Assembly: GCA_964016885.1 (NCBI GenBank)
Contig: OZ024744.1
Coordinates: 89,962,001 to 90,026,000 of the forward strand
DNA: 64,000 bases
Origin: Eledone cirrhosa
Taxonomy: Eukaryota
Direction of reading: 5' to 3'
The notes beneath the pieces are model-generated. The model had not been told where the DNA came from, ran no database searches, and saw only the letters and a list, made by a program, of their open reading frames with translations. Each line of letters begins with the position of its first letter. Position 1 is the first letter of the stretch. This document shows positions 27,477 to 41,928 of the stretch, one piece after another. A program made the translations under genes and the position numbers.

Positions 27477-29490
27477 TGATTTCTTTATTGGCCACAAGGG
27501 CTGACATCAAGAAAAATATTACAGAAGGCCCATCTGAATGGGTCTACCCTGAGCGTGTGCCTGTAGTATTGTAGAAGGAAAACTGGAAGAGGGTATTTGC
27601 CCTAGCGGTCAGGGTAACCGTGCCTCGGAGATTCTGGTCTCGCTGATGGCCATCACATCTATGTTTAGCGATCTGAGATCGTTCAGCAGGTGGCCCTGCT
27701 TCCAAGTCGACCCCAGGCTACGTGCATTTATGGTACCTATTCTGAGAGAAGCCATGTTGGCTAGGATAGGAGGAAAACAAATGAGAGGGGAGAAGTACAA
27801 AAATTGTTGTTGTTGTTGGTGGTGGTGGTGGTAGTGGTGGTAGTGGTAGTGGCGGCGGTGGTAGTGGTGGTGTTGTTGTTGGTGGTGGTGGGGGATGGTG
27901 TAGGTGGTTGTGGGTGTGTGGCTGTTGATGGTGGTGAAGGAGGTGGGGTAGTTTTCATTTTCTTTTTTTTTTGCGGAGAAGCTCTTCCTCTTTTTTTTGG
28001 GGGGGGGGCGAGGGTAGGGAGTTATTCCTTTTTTTGTTGGAATAGTTCTCCATTCTTCGGACTCCTTGTCCGTTTTGGTTAATCAGGAAGAAGGAAGAGG
28101 CATGCTTTCCATTGGTTCTGTGGGTGATGGAAGAGATGGTGTTTTTGTTGTTGGGGATGGTGATTTCTCTTCTGCCACTGTGGTCTTTGTTTGTTTGTCC
28201 GCTCCAGTTGCAGAGTACGGCGTAGGGAGAAGGGGGGGGGGGGGGGGGGTGTTTTGGTGAGTTTGTAGCAGAATGCCTTAAGGTGCGTCTTGTCACCGCT
28301 TCCATGACACCATGGGCGCCTACCTTCGACAGTCACGGGTAGATGGCTGCCGTCGTCCAGGTCTATTACATCGGGGATGGCCTCGATGCTCTCATGGTTT
28401 GCTTGGATGATTAGCTCCATCCCCGACCCTATCCAATTTTCCTGTCTTATTCGTATGACGTTGAGTATAGTTGTTGAATCCTCAACGTCAGCGAGGACGG
28501 CCGCCGTCAACCACACCATCTCCACAGAGGGCGGAACCTGGGCTACTCGAACCCTCACGACTCTCTGGCCGCACTATGTGGGCATCATTATGATTTCGTC
28601 ACTGTGGAGTGGCGCAATGGAGTGTGCTCTGGCTTCTTCTGGTGTAGCGAATAGCACATCCACAGTGCCATACCTCGATCCCCGGGCTATGTATGTTTTC
28701 TGTGCCCAGACAGCACCCATAGCTCTTTGGACCTGTGACTCCGTTGCCCGTTCGACTCGCTGCGATTTTGTTCCGATCGTGCGATAACTGACCGAACACA
28801 AAAGCTTGCTTCTTATTATCTCAGCTGGGCGGGTGAGACTTACCCTGTGTCCGGTCTTTTTAACCAAGATCTTTGCTTGTTTTATTTCTTCATTGGTGAT
28901 GTGTACTTGTTCAAAATTTGCGAAAGATGTGTGTTTTGATTTGTGTTGACTCATCGCTAGTTTTGTCTTTGTTGTTGTTGCCATCGTTGGTGTTTTTGTT
29001 TGTCTTATTTTCCTCTGTGTTGCTGCTGTTATAGTTGTTGCTCCTTGGGTTTTTTATGGCTGTTGCTGTTGTTATTGTTGTTATTGGGGTGGTGTTTGAT
29101 TTTTCTAACGTAGGGAAGTTTTCGTTGTAATTTCCACTACTGCTGCTACTGTTCCAGTGGCTGATGTTGCTGTTGTCACCACCACTGTCACTGTCGCTGC
29201 TGCTGCTGTTTCTCTTGTTTTTTACTTTGGCTTGTGATTGGATGGAATCGGCTGTTCCACCCTTCGAACAACCCGCTGTTCCTCCCTGTGGACATTTTTT
29301 TTGGCCGCCATGTTTTTTTTTAAACAAAATTGGAGGGTATGCTTGTAAATAAATACAAATTTAGCCCTCAAGGGCGCGAGATACAGTTAAAAAAACCACC
29401 TCCTTTGAAAGAGAGGTTCTTTAACTACACACCGATGTAAAAAATAGTATATAGAACTCATAAAAATTCAACTAACTTACTCCGCCGTAG
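27477..29490 (-). mobile_element. Tx1-like subfamily copy retaining a broken ORF1 but almost no ORF2
   Basis: ORF1 pieces (VERATESQVQRAMG, VEGRRP..HLKAFC), ORF2 start MASLRIGTINAR cut at ~27620, then rearranged 3' UTR pieces. Confidence 0.8.
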
Positions 29491-29494
29491 TAAT

Positions 29495-32142
29495 GGTTTC
29501 TTTATTGGTCACAAGGACTAACATGAAGAAAAACATTACAGATGGCACAGAACAGTACAGGACGATACAAAGTGGGTTTGGGTCGTGTAAATAGGTTATA
29601 ACAAGATAGAAATCGGGATAGAAATCAAAACATTCTAAAAACAAAAATTCCCCAAGAAGGGGGAAACCTCCGAGGGTCATTCGTGGTGAAAACCACACAA
29701 AAGACCACGGCCACTGTGACCACCAGGACAAGCGCCCTCTCTCACTTTTCCCACTCCTCAGTCTACAGGCGTATACTCAGAGCGGGCCCGTTCACTCGGA
29801 CCAGACTCGCCACTTTCACCCACCTTTCAACTAACTTACTAGAAGACAGCACTTGATTTTCCTCTTCAAGTGAAACTTGAAAAAGTTAATCAGGGATTGG
29901 CCGGAGAGGAAAGTGTCCGTTTCAATCCTTTCAACCTTGTCCACCACACAATCTCCTTCGCCAGGGCCACCAAGCAGATGAAAATAGCCTGCCGTTCCTT
30001 CTCTATAAAGGAGGATGGCGGGGCTATCTGCACAATGGACTCAGTCGATAACCGGATCCGTCCTACACGCGACAGCAACTGTTCGACATAGCTCCACAAG
30101 TCAGCAATCCTCGGGCACTGAACGAGTGCGTGCACGACGGTTTCGTCGCCCTGCACGCATCTCGGACAGGCTCGGCTGACGGCACCTCCATGCCTGTAGA
30201 GCTTGTCCCGAACCGGCAACGCTCCCCGGTAGCACTGCCAGGCCTAGGATTTCTGGAAGTTGTCCATAGGCCCCGGTCTGAAAGTTCTCTTGAAGAGAGC
30301 AAACAGCTGATCGTCTTCGACGCCCAGGGTCTCCCCGAGAACGTCGTCGCTCTTTCCCTCCACTAGCCCTCTATAGAACGCCGAGGTGGATGTTCCACCG
30401 ATATTAGTGCCCAGCTGGTAGAGGGCGGTGAGCGCTTGGAGACATCCCAGCTTCCAAGCGCTATCTCTCGGTCTTTTCCTGATCCAGGACTGCAGCTCCG
30501 TCAAGGAGACGAGCTGGGGGGAAAGCGCGTCTGGCAAACGGCAACCACACCTGTTCACCGTCGAGGAAGCACCAGAGATGTCGCAGCTTAAGCACATGTT
30601 TGCGTATCATTAGCCACGGCATGCCTAGTCCTCCACGCAACGAGTATTGACAGCAAATGGACTGTATGAACATTGGAGCACGTCCATTCAACAAAAAGCG
30701 GAAGAGAAGGCGCTCCATTTTTGTCAGAGTTGGGCGGTTGCAAGGTACGACGGCCAGGGGGTAGCAGATAACGGACGCGATGTACGCATTCACCACCTTC
30801 GCCCGACCTTTCAGAGACAGCCTCCTCTCGGCCCATTTCTGGGTGAGAGAGGCCACCCTGCTCGTCACCACGATCCAATTTTTCTCCATCTGGAGGTCTG
30901 GAGCGAACCAGACTCCGAACAATTTAACCGGCCCTTCCGTGCGGCGCCCCACGACGCTGTCGGACGGTATTGACTTGCCTCTCCAGGTACCGAGTTGCAA
31001 GCCCACCGACATTTCCTGGTTTATCTTTGCTCCTGTCACCGCTTCGTATTTTTTGAGAGCTGTGCCGAGCATCTGGACGTGTTTGGTGCTCGATACCACC
31101 ACGGTGACGTCGTCGGCGTAAGCTGACACGGATCTCCTGCATCCCAGTTCGCGTGGGACCCCCCTCATCGTCTCCCATTTATGCAGTAACGGCTCGAGGG
31201 CCAGTAAGTACAAGAGGGACGAGAGGGGGCAACCCTGGCGGACCGAGTGCATGATGCTGAAAGGTTGCGACAGGTGACCATTCAACCTCACAATCGAACA
31301 GATGTCGCTGTGCATCGCAACTATTCAGCCCCTAAAAACGGGTCCGAAGCCGGCTGCCTCGAGGACCGCAGCCAGGTACCGATGGTCGACCCTATCAAAT
31401 GCTTTAGATTGATTCAAGTTGATCAGGGCCCCACCCATGCCAGGTTCCTAAACTACCCTCTCTACGATGTATCGCATGAGATGGAGGTTGTCGTGGATGG
31501 ATCTGTCCGGAATGGCGCATGTCTGCGCCTCTCCCACCAGATCACCGACGACTAGCGCCAATTTCTTTGCTAACACCTTGGCCAAAATCTTGAACTCTGC
31601 GTTTAGCAGAGTTATGGGCCTGAAGTTGTCTATAACATCCCCCTTGTTCGGATCTTTTCTCAGCAGCGCCACCGCTCCCGGCTCACAAAACTGGGAATGC
31701 TCCCGTTTTGCTGCCAGTTGCAGTAGACATCTGCCAAGAGATCGCCGAACAAGTCTGGCATATGCGCATAAAGCTCGTAGGGCAGACCATCCAAACCTGG
31801 CGATTTACCCCTCGTGCAGTCAGACATCGCTTCCCGTATTTCACCTGCTGTTATAGGCTTTTCGCAGCACTGCGCTGCGGTCGTCGAGAGCCGCGGCAGT
31901 CCGTCGAGGTATGCACCGAAGTTCATACTTCGATCCGGCCCGCCACCGCTCCCGAACAATTGAGCAAAGTGCTGTTGAAAAGCCGCACACATCTGCTCGG
32001 GTTCGAGCAACATGCGCCCGTTTTGATCAGGCAAATAACGAACTGTGGACTTGTTGCCATGTCACGCCTCCACCACCCGGGCCCATTGAACGGCTTTCGT
32101 CCCCTCGTGCCTCAGGGCACGAGGGGACGAAAGCGGTTCAAT
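29495..32142 (-). mobile_element. 5'-truncated degenerate Tx1-like copy (RT to 3' UTR)
   Basis: Frameshifted KSPGLDG, RQGCPLS, YADD and zinc finger; 3' end AATAAAGAAAC. Confidence 0.9.
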
Positions 32143-33090
32143 AACAAGATAGAAATCGGGGTAGAAATTTAAAAAAATTGAAACAACAAAAGAAGGGGGA
32201 AACCTCCGAGGGTCACTCGTGGTGAAACAACACTAAAGACCACGGCCACCCTGACCACCAGGGCAAGTGCCCTCTCTCAGTTCTCCTACTCCTCAGTCTA
32301 CAGGCGCATAATCAGAGCGGGCCCGTTTTCTCGGACCAGACTCGCCACTTTCACCCACCGTTCAACAAACTTACTAGAAGACAGCACTTGCTGCCTCTCG
32401 AACCTGATTTTTCTCTTCAAGTGAAACCTGAAAAAGTTAATCAGGGATTGACTGAAGAGGAAAGTGTCCGTCTTCAATCCATTCAACCTTGTCCACCATA
32501 CAATATCTCTCACCATGGCTACCCGGTAGATGAAAACTTCCTGCCCTTCCTCCTCCTTAATGGAGGATGGCGAGGCTATCTGCACAATGGACTCAGTCGA
32601 TAATCGGATCCGTCCTACACGCGACAGCAACTGTTCGACATAGCCCCACATGTCAGAAATGCTCGGGCACTGAACGAGTGCGTGCACGGCGGTTTCGTCG
32701 TCCTGCGAGCATCTCGGATAGGTTCGGCTAACGTCACTTCTGTGCCTGTAGAGCTTACCCCGAACCGGCAGCGCTACCCGGTAGCACTGCCAGGCCTAGG
32801 ATTTCTGGAAGTTGTCCATATGCCGCTGGCTGAAAGTTCTCTTGAAGAGAGGGAACAGCTGATCGTCTTCGACGCCCAGGGTCTCCCGAGAACGTCGTCA
32901 CTCTTCCCCTCCATAGAACGCCGAAGTTGATGTTCCACCGATACTAGTGCCCAAGCGCTATCCCTCGGTCTTTTCCTGATCCAGGACTGCAACCACACCT
33001 GTTCACCGTTAAGAAAGCACCAGAGATGTCGCAGCCTCAGCGCATGTTTGCGCATCATCAGCCACGGCATGCCCAGTCCTCCACGCAAGG
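32143..33090 (-). mobile_element. Degenerate Tx1-like 3' fragment
   Basis: GGLGMPW...HALVQC...WWTRL with internal deletions. Confidence 0.85.
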
Positions 33091-33419
33091 CGTTTATAAT
33101 AATAATGTTTCTACTTTTGGCACAAGGCCAGCAATTACCCCAGTACATTACTGGTGCTTTATTTTATCGGCCTCGTAAGGATGAAAGGCTAAGTTGAACA
33201 AAGGGTGCTTACAAAATATTCTCCAGCTTCTTTAGTAAAAAAAAAAAAAAAAAAACATTTTTTTACCAAAGTGATAAACACTGACTTATGGCGTCACAAC
33301 TATATAGTATTAACATATATACATAAATATAAGTATATATAACCCATGCGTACATATGTATGCGTACATATGTATATATATATATATATATATATACATA
33401 TGTACGCATACATCGAAAA

Positions 33420-36400
33420 TGTCGTCAGTTTTGAAAACACGATGTCGGGCGTTGATTGTAACATCAACACTAACACAAACACCAATAACATACAAAATAT
33501 AAACAACACCAACCAGAAAAACAACAACAACAACAATAATGACAACAAGAACAACAACAGCAACAATGATAACAACAACACCACCACCAACAACAACAAC
33601 AACAATGATAACAACAACACCACCAACAACAACAGCAAGACGAACAACTCCACGAACAAGGAAAAGATTTCTTTTGCTCAAACCGTCCAAAAGACGGAAC
33701 TGTTCACATACCTTGACATTTCCAATGCTAGGGAAATGCTAAGCGATGCAAAACAGTACGTAACTTTTGGTGAGAGTGGTGCTTTCAGTATCACTTCTCC
33801 TCAACAGTTACGCAGAGAAACTGTTCTAAAAACAGTAATTTTTAGGACGGTTTCAAATGTGTCGAAAAAACCAGTTCAGTTATCCCAAAACGATATTGAA
33901 CTGGTTCTGAAAAATTTCCATGAAGGATATTGCCTTCATCCAAAAAGGGAAACTTTTTGGAAGCATTTCGGTGTTGTTGAAAGACCAATTGACAACACAA
34001 AAATATTCTGTATCGCCGATTGTGTGTGTGTGTGTGTGTCCCCCCCCCCGCCCCGTTACACCTTTTCCCCACATATATGGGAAAAAGAACTCAAAAAATA
34101 AAAATTTTGAACATTGCACCAAATGTAAACGTCTGGTGGATTCTAACTGGCTTCATCGATTTCGACGAAGACACCATCATTTCGGTGGGAAAGTCCTCCA
34201 GAGGCATATTCAATGGTACAAGCATGGAAGTTCTGGTCCAAATGAGGCCAGAACGGATAGCTAAAATACCCCAACGTGTGCCTCTGAATGGAATTTCACA
34301 CATAAACATTTCTGTTGAGGGTAGGCGGCCTTCATGTTACCACTGTTTAAGCAGTGGTTACCTGAAGGCTTACTGTCCTCAGTTAACTAAAAAAAAAAGA
34401 GTCACTACTGCCAACACCCAAAACAACCACCACCACCACAACAGCAACAACAACACGCAAACACAACCAAAACAAGAACAACAAACCAACCTGCAAGCAC
34501 AGTCCCACCCAACCCCACTCCACCTAAAACCACTGCAAAAACACCCACAAACACAACAGCTCCCCAAAACATACAACTTTCAAATAACACAGACACAACA
34601 ACGGACGAGGCCCCAACATCATCACCAAGTGATGATGAGGGAGAGCCTCTCCGTTCGAAAAGAAAGAAGAAAAGACACCACAAGAACAAAAAAACAACAA
34701 ACATCACTACAAACATACAACCGCCAACACAAACAACACAAACAACACAAACATTACAAACAAAAACCCCCCGTCCCGAAAACAAAACCACGACATCACT
34801 CCAAACACAAACACCTACAACAAAACAAAAGCTCCCACAAGAACAACAGACAAAAACCACCGCAACACAAGAACATTACACATACATAAACAGTAAAAAC
34901 AAAACATTAATGGAGGTCATCTCCAACGACCCTTCGGTTTTCACCGAAGGGAAAACTTTTTCGAACTGTGTAGACAAACCTAATTTAAAGATGATTAGGG
35001 TCCCTACGGACACCTATAAGTCTTTAAAGGAAAACTTTCCTAAGGACGTGGGTAATACTTGTGTTAAACCCATTAACCGCGTCCTTTTAAAAAGTTTCCC
35101 CACCCTCACCCCAGACGCCCCCACCCCAGACACCCCCCACCCCACCAAACATCTCAATCCCCACCCACCCAGACAACTCCTCTTTCACCCCCATGGAAAC
35201 CGTGCGGCCTGATCCCCGGGAGACGAAGAGGTGAGTGTTTTCTTCTTCTCTTTTAACTTTTCAGAACCAACATGGCCAATATAAGAGTTGGGGGTGTGAA
35301 TGTACGCGTCCTGAAGATGCCCTGGAAACAGGGCAAACTCTTAAATGACCTCAGGTAGCACAGTATGGATGTAGTAGCCATTTGAGAGTCCAGGATCCAC
35401 AGCGAGCGACAGCTGGCCCCCATCTTCGATGACTTTGAGATCTACGCATCTCTCTGTCAACCGGGGGGTGGGGGCGGGGGTTGCCGTTTTGCTGCGGAAA
35501 CACCTGGGCCTCGTAACACAGACGGTACATCTGGAGCCGGAGGGTCGACTGATGGTCCTAGACGTTGACGGTAGTGAAGGTGGAGCCTTCAGGCTGATGG
35601 CCGCATATGCCCCATCCGGGACACCGCGGCCAGACTTCTTCAAACGTCTAGAGACTTTTCTGGGAACGTCCCGCTCCTTGCTTTTAGTGGGGACTGGAAT
35701 GGAATCCTAGATGCACGCTGGGACTATGTGGGAGCATGTCCCGATAAAGGGGGGTGTAACATCCTCAAACAGTTAATCGGTCGATTTGACCTGGCCGATA
35801 GATATCGACTAGATTTTCCGACTGTGCCACTGTGGACATGGACTAATCTTAGCGGAACGTCTAGATCGTACCTAGATAGAGTTCTAGTTAGAAATAAGGA
35901 TAGGGACATGTTAAGCTGTCCACAAATGTTCATGGTTGCCTATTCAGATCACAAACTAGTGACCTGCATGGTCAACCTTGATAGAACCCATAGACAAGGA
36001 CCCGGCTACTGGAAGCTGAACTTGTCGTTACCGACATGCAAAGCCTACAGTAGAGGGATTAGCACTTTAGTTAAACAGCACTTGACAGGGGCCATTGTCA
36101 ACAACAGATGGTGGTACTCTCTCAAGAAGGCAGTTAGATTAGACTCGTTAGTTTTTAGTAAAGAATTAGCGTTAGAGAGAAATAGAACCGAGAAAGAACT
36201 GGTAGATAAAGTAGAAGAGGCAATTAGAAGTGGCAACGTAGCCAGCGTGCTAGCAACGAGAACGGCGTTGGACCAGTTCTTCGACGCAAAGCATGAGAGC
36301 TGCGTTGTCGGAAGCAAAATACGTGTTCTGGGAAACGAGGGAGCCGAAGCTGTTAGCTGGGCCCGAGTGACGGAGGCAAAAAGTGGCAACAAGTCCACGA

Positions 36401-38667
36401 TTCGGTCTTTGAAGGACCAAAACGGACGCGTGATACGTGAGTCGAAGCAGATGTGTGCGGCCTTTCAGCGGCACTTTGCTCAGCTGTTCGGGCAGGGCGG
36501 CGCGCCGGAAGAGGCTATGGATTTCGGTCCATACCTCGACGGCCTACCGCGACTCTCGTACAGCGAGGCAAGGTTCTGCGAAAAGCCGATTTCAGCCGCT
36601 GAGATAGGGGACGCGTTGAGCCAATGCGGCAAACGCAAATCTCCAGGTCTCGACGGTCTACCCTACAAATTTTACATAGCAATGCCGGACTTATTCTCCG
36701 GTCTCCTAGAAGCGGTCTACTGCAACTGGCAACAGAACGGGAGAATTCCCAGTTCTGTGACCGGAGGGTGTAGTCACACTAGTCAGGAAGGACAAGAATA
36801 AGGGGGATGACATAGGCAACTTCCGGTCCATAACTCTGCTAAACACAGAGTTACAGATTTTGGCCAAGGTGTTGGCAAAGAGGCTGGCGCTTGTCGTCAA
36901 GAACCTGGTGGGAGAAGCGCAGACATGCGCAATCCCGACCAGGTCCATACACGACAACCTCCACCTCATGCGATACATCATAGAGAGGGTAGAGTGTAAA
37001 CCCGGCTTCGGTGGGGCCCTGATCAACTTGGATCAGTCTAAGGCTTTCAATAGGGTTGACCATCGTTACCTGGATGCGGTGCTCGAGGCGGCAGGCTTCG
37101 GACCCGTGTTCAGGGGCTGGATTGCTGCAATGCATACAGCAACATCTGCTCAAAGGTTAAGGTGAACGGCTACCTCTCGGAGCCGTTCCATATCACGCGA
37201 TCCATTCGACAGGGATGCCCTCTCTCCTCCCTTCTGTACGTATTGACTCTCGAGCCACTACTGCGGAAGTTGGAGCTATTGCAGGGCATCCCTCTGGAAC
37301 CGGGACTGCGGAAAGCGGCGTCGGCCTACGCCGTCGACGTGACAGTAATGGTGTCGAGCGCCTCGCAAATCGAGGAAGTCGGCACCTTACTGAAGGAATA
37401 CGAAAGGTTCACAGGAGCGAAACTGAACCGAGACAAGTCCATCGGTTTGCAACTCGGATCGTGGAGAGGCAAACCGATGCCTTCTGATGGCGTCGTCGGA
37501 CGCTGGACGGAAGGACCAGTAAAGTTGCTCGGGGTCTGGTTTGGTCCGGAGCTCCAGGTGGAGAAGAACTGGAACGAGGTGTCGGCCAAGGTGTTTGCAC
37601 TCACCCAGAAGTATTCCTCACCGGACAACCGGTGTGGGCCCCGTTCGTGAGGCGAGCCTTCCCACGACTCGTCTCGCTGACCGAGCTGCAGTCTTGGGTC
37701 AAGCAAAGACCGAGGAAAATGGGCGACTAGCACATCGAATGTGCTCAGGCGCTCACAGCCCTCTGGCAGGCGGACCCGGCGATCAGTGGAGACTCCACTT
37801 CGTCATTCTATAGAGGGTTGATCTGCAGCAAGTGCGGCGACGTGCTCGGTGAAACTCTAGGCGTAGAGGAAAACGAACTGGCCAGTCTGTTCGTAGGACC
37901 TTCCGCCCGGGATCGATGGACAACTTCCAAAAGTCCCTGGCCTGGCAGTGCTACCGAGGAGCTCTACCAATTCGAGACAAGCTCTACAGACATGGGCTGC
38001 AAAAAAGATCTGTCCGAGGTGCGTGCGAGACGAAGAAACCGTCGCGCACGCATTTATACACTGCCCGGGCGTCACCGACCTGTGGGACTATGTAGAACAA
38101 CTATTGTCGCGGGTGGGACCAATCCGGTTGACCACCGAGTCCATTGTCACGATCAAACCGCCACCCTCCTTCAAAAACGAAGGAGGGGCGGTTTTCCTTT
38201 GTGTGATAGCTATGGCGAAAGAGGTTGTATGGTGGACAAGGTTGAAAGGGCTGAGGTCAGACACCTTTCTCTCCGGCCAACAACTGATTCTTTTTTCAAA
38301 TACCACTTTGGAAGAAGAATCAGGATGGAGAGAGAGGTGCTGTACCCCAGCAAGTTTTATGAAAGCTAGGTTAAAGTGGCGAGAATGGCCCTAGTGAATG
38401 GGCCTTCTCTCTATATCAACCTGTAGGTTGAGGAAAAAGAGGAGGAGAGGAAGGGAGTACAAACTCTTCGTACTCCTGGAGATGAGGGTTGCACATTTTC
38501 TTTTCGGGGGTATGTGTTACCCATATGAAATGTCTCCCCCTATTGGGGAAAATCGACTAATTTTTAAATTGCATTTGTGATAATATTTTACACGTTTTTA
38601 TTGTATGTAAACTTCCCCCTTGATATTTGTCCCCTTCTTTTGTGCCCTTGTGGCTAATAAAGAAACA
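33420..38667 (+). mobile_element. Divergent, frameshifted near full-length Tx1-like element
   Basis: ORF1 remnants with CYHCLSSGYLKAYC. ORF2 from ~35272 with APE and RT motifs broken by stops and frameshifts. 3' end AATAAAGAAAC followed by (ATCT)n/(AT)n. Confidence 0.88.
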
Positions 38668-38743
38668 TATCTATCTATCTATCTATATATGTATATATAT
38701 ATATATATATATCTTGAAAAAAAAAAAATTTTAAAACGAAGTA

Positions 38744-38857
<114 letters not shown>

Positions 38858-38984
38858 CTTCATTTAAAAATTTTTTTTTTTTTTTTTTCAAGATTTCGTA
38901 TCGGAAAACTTATGTTGAAACATATATTATTAGAGAGTATTGAAGTTTGCTTGAAGCATTGTGGAATAATAAGTAAATATCTTT

Positions 38985-39200
38985 AAGTCGTTTGGAAGCC
39001 TCGACAATGCAAATGGGTAAATCTCCGGGTAACAAGATCCCTACATGGACACACTGGAAGAGGAAGACCAAGGTTAACGTATGTGGATGCCCTAAAGACA
39101 GACACTGGTCTGTTGGAGACGCAGGACATGGCAGCGATAATGAGGGACAGAGACCGCTGGAGAGAACTCATCCATGGATCTCGGGAATTTTACCCGCCCT
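38985..39200 (+). mobile_element. RTE-clade LINE 3' fragment
   Basis: Reads GRGRPRLTYVDALKTDTGL...MRDRDRWREL. Confidence 0.75.
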
Positions 39201-39734
39201 AGAAATATATATATAATATATATATATAAATGTAATCTGAGTTTGTCGAATATTAATAATAACATTCGATTCGTTTGCAATTATGCAAACAAGCCTCAAT
39301 TTTATAGCCATGTCAGTAGAATGAGCACTTTATTTTTGCTCTTGTGTTGGCATGCGAACAGATGCCAAGGGTTTCCGAAGAATAGATCAAGAAAAAAGTG
39401 TTTTATGTAATGTAGAAACCCAATGTATATTATGTAAATAAGTTCCCAAGTCAAATGCATGCTACTCCAGGTTTCAAACTCCAACAAGCATAAGATATAG
39501 ACATTCTGTATCTGCTAGTTTAGTTATATATATATATATACAATTAATATAAATATTAAGGACAGTTACTACAACGGTGCCATGCCAGAAACGTTCGTTT
39601 CTTTGGCCCTGGAGGCCAACTTGTTCAACATCTGCCGGTCATTTCCATCGGCACAGGTTAAACAAGTGAGCCCTGGGGTCTAACGATTATAATTATATTA
39701 AACCTCGCACTACCACTATATATATATAGGAGTG

Positions 39735-40030
39735 AAGTAGCAGGGTTTAGGGGTTAGAGCGTTGGATTCACAATCCCAATCGGACCGGGCAATGCGTTGT
39801 GTTCTTGAGCAAGATATTTTATTTCACAAAGCTCGAGTTTACTCAGCTGTAGAAATTAGTTGCGACGTCAGTGGTGCCAAGCTATATAGGCCTTTGTCTT
39901 TCTCGAGGACAATAAGACTGCTAGTCTTCCAAAAAAAACCCACCTTGCCCGCACTTGTACCTTGAATGGGTGCCTTATAGGTACAAAACCCATGCCCATT
40001 CGTGACCATTAGATCTTTACCCTAAATACC
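39735..40030 (+). mobile_element. Second, older tRNA-derived SINE family
   Basis: GGTTAGAGCGTTGG head and GTGTTCTTGAGCAAGA...ACTCAGCTGT central domain. Confidence 0.6.
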
Positions 40031-40203
40031 TACAGACGTTTTGCATTATATATATGTGTGTGAGTGTGTATGTGTATGTGGTGTGTGTGTCTGTGTGTGT
40101 ATGTGTGTGTGTGAACTGATATATGATTAAAATTGGCTCAAGTCATAAAATAATGGTTTGTGTCCGTCCTGTATATATTTTTTATTATTTTCTTTTAATC
40201 CAG

Positions 40204-40304
40204 GAATTTTGTAACTAATTTGAATATCTCGAAAGCTGAGGCACAAAAGTTCTCCAGATATGGTTACTGTGGATTAAGAGCATTCCCAGCTCCATTTGTT
40301 GTTT
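40204..40304 (+). CDS. MMP (M10A matrixin) exon: end of prodomain with atypical cysteine switch
   Basis: Polypyrimidine tract + CAG acceptor (40201-40203) and GTGAGT donor (40305). Reads NFVTNLNISKAEAQKFSRYGYCGLRAFPAPFVV. Ends in phase 1 and joins the 54904 exon to give FVV-S-NLVWPKTDLTY, resembling the MMP mature N-terminus. Confidence 0.75.
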
Positions 40305-40352
40305 GTGAGTATAAATAACTGTTCATTTTTTTTTCTTTGTGTGTGTGTTACT

Positions 40353-40622
<270 letters not shown>

Positions 40623-41440
40623 CTGTTGTTATTGTTGTTGTTGTTGTTGTTGTTGTTCACAGTTTGTAGAATTGTGCACAGGTAATTTCAATCAAATTTC
40701 AACACAAGTTCTTTCGTGTTTTCTGAGAGATATATATCGACAACCAATATTATATATATATATATATATATTAGAAAGATCGAGTATCGAAAAATCGGCG
40801 CACGAGTTCACGATAAACGAAATTCGATATGAGCGGCAGAGGGCTCAATAATTCAGATGAATCAGAGCTATAACTATCGTTAAAATACCGTCACATATAG
40901 AACAAGTCTACAATCAACCATACGATTTAAAATCGATAAAGGAAGATTCGGGACAAACAGATAAAAAATATCAATAAAACAATACGTCAATAATTTAAAT
41001 GATATATATAAATTAGGATTGGTGCTCTGAAATAGCGATGTATACATGACTGTATGTATAGTATATTTGGCAATATACCGTATGTTTAAATAAAAACATT
41101 TTGAAGGCTTTGGGCTATCATTTTAATGTCACTTACTTCTTTTTTTTCGGCAAAGGTAGGGAGAGAAGCTGACAGATTCTGTGTCACACTGTTGGTGTTC
41201 CTCAGAGCAACGTACTCGCTGACCTCTGCCGAAAATTATAGAGGCTGGATTGTTATAGAATTCTGCTAATAATCAGGAACTGATTATACAGAGCGATTGC
41301 CGGTTCAGCAAAAATTAAAAATTAGGATTGGTGCTCTGAAATACCGATATATACATGAATATATGTATAGTATATTTGGCAATATACCGTATGCTTAATT
41401 AAAAACATTTTGAAGACCTTAATTTTTGCTGGACCGGCAA

Positions 41441-41928
41441 TTCTTCTTCTTCTTCTTCTTCTTCTTCTTCTTCTTCTTCTTCTTCTTCTTCTTCTTCTTC
41501 TTCTTCTTCTTCTTCTTCTTCTTCTCCTCCTTCTTATTTTTCTTCTTCTTCATCATCTTCTTCTTCTTCTTCTTCTTCTTCTTCTTCTTCTTCTTCTTCT
41601 TCTTCTTCTTCTTCTTCTTCTTCTTCTTCTTCTTCTTCTTCTTCTTCTTCTTCTTCTTCTTCATCTCCTTCTCCTTCTTCTTCTTCTTCTTCTTCTTCTT
41701 CTTCTTCTTCTCCTCCTCCTTCTTATTTTTCTTCTTCTTCTTCTTCTTCTTCTTCTTCTTCTTCTTCTTCTTCTCCTTCTTATTTTTCTTCTTCTTCATC
41801 TCCTTCTTCTTCTCCTCCTCCTTCTTCTTCTTCTTCTTCTTCTTCTTCTTCTCCTCCTTCTTATTTTTCTTCTTCTTCTTCATCTCCTTCTTCTTCTTCT
41901 TCTTATTATTATTATTATTATTATTATT
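41441..41928. repeat. (TTC)n compound tract ending in (TTA)n
   Basis: Direct inspection. Confidence 0.97.

Noticed and set aside
39560-39670. Possible extra MMP exon ending in GTGAGC
   Set aside because: Weak acceptor and no MMP-like translation.
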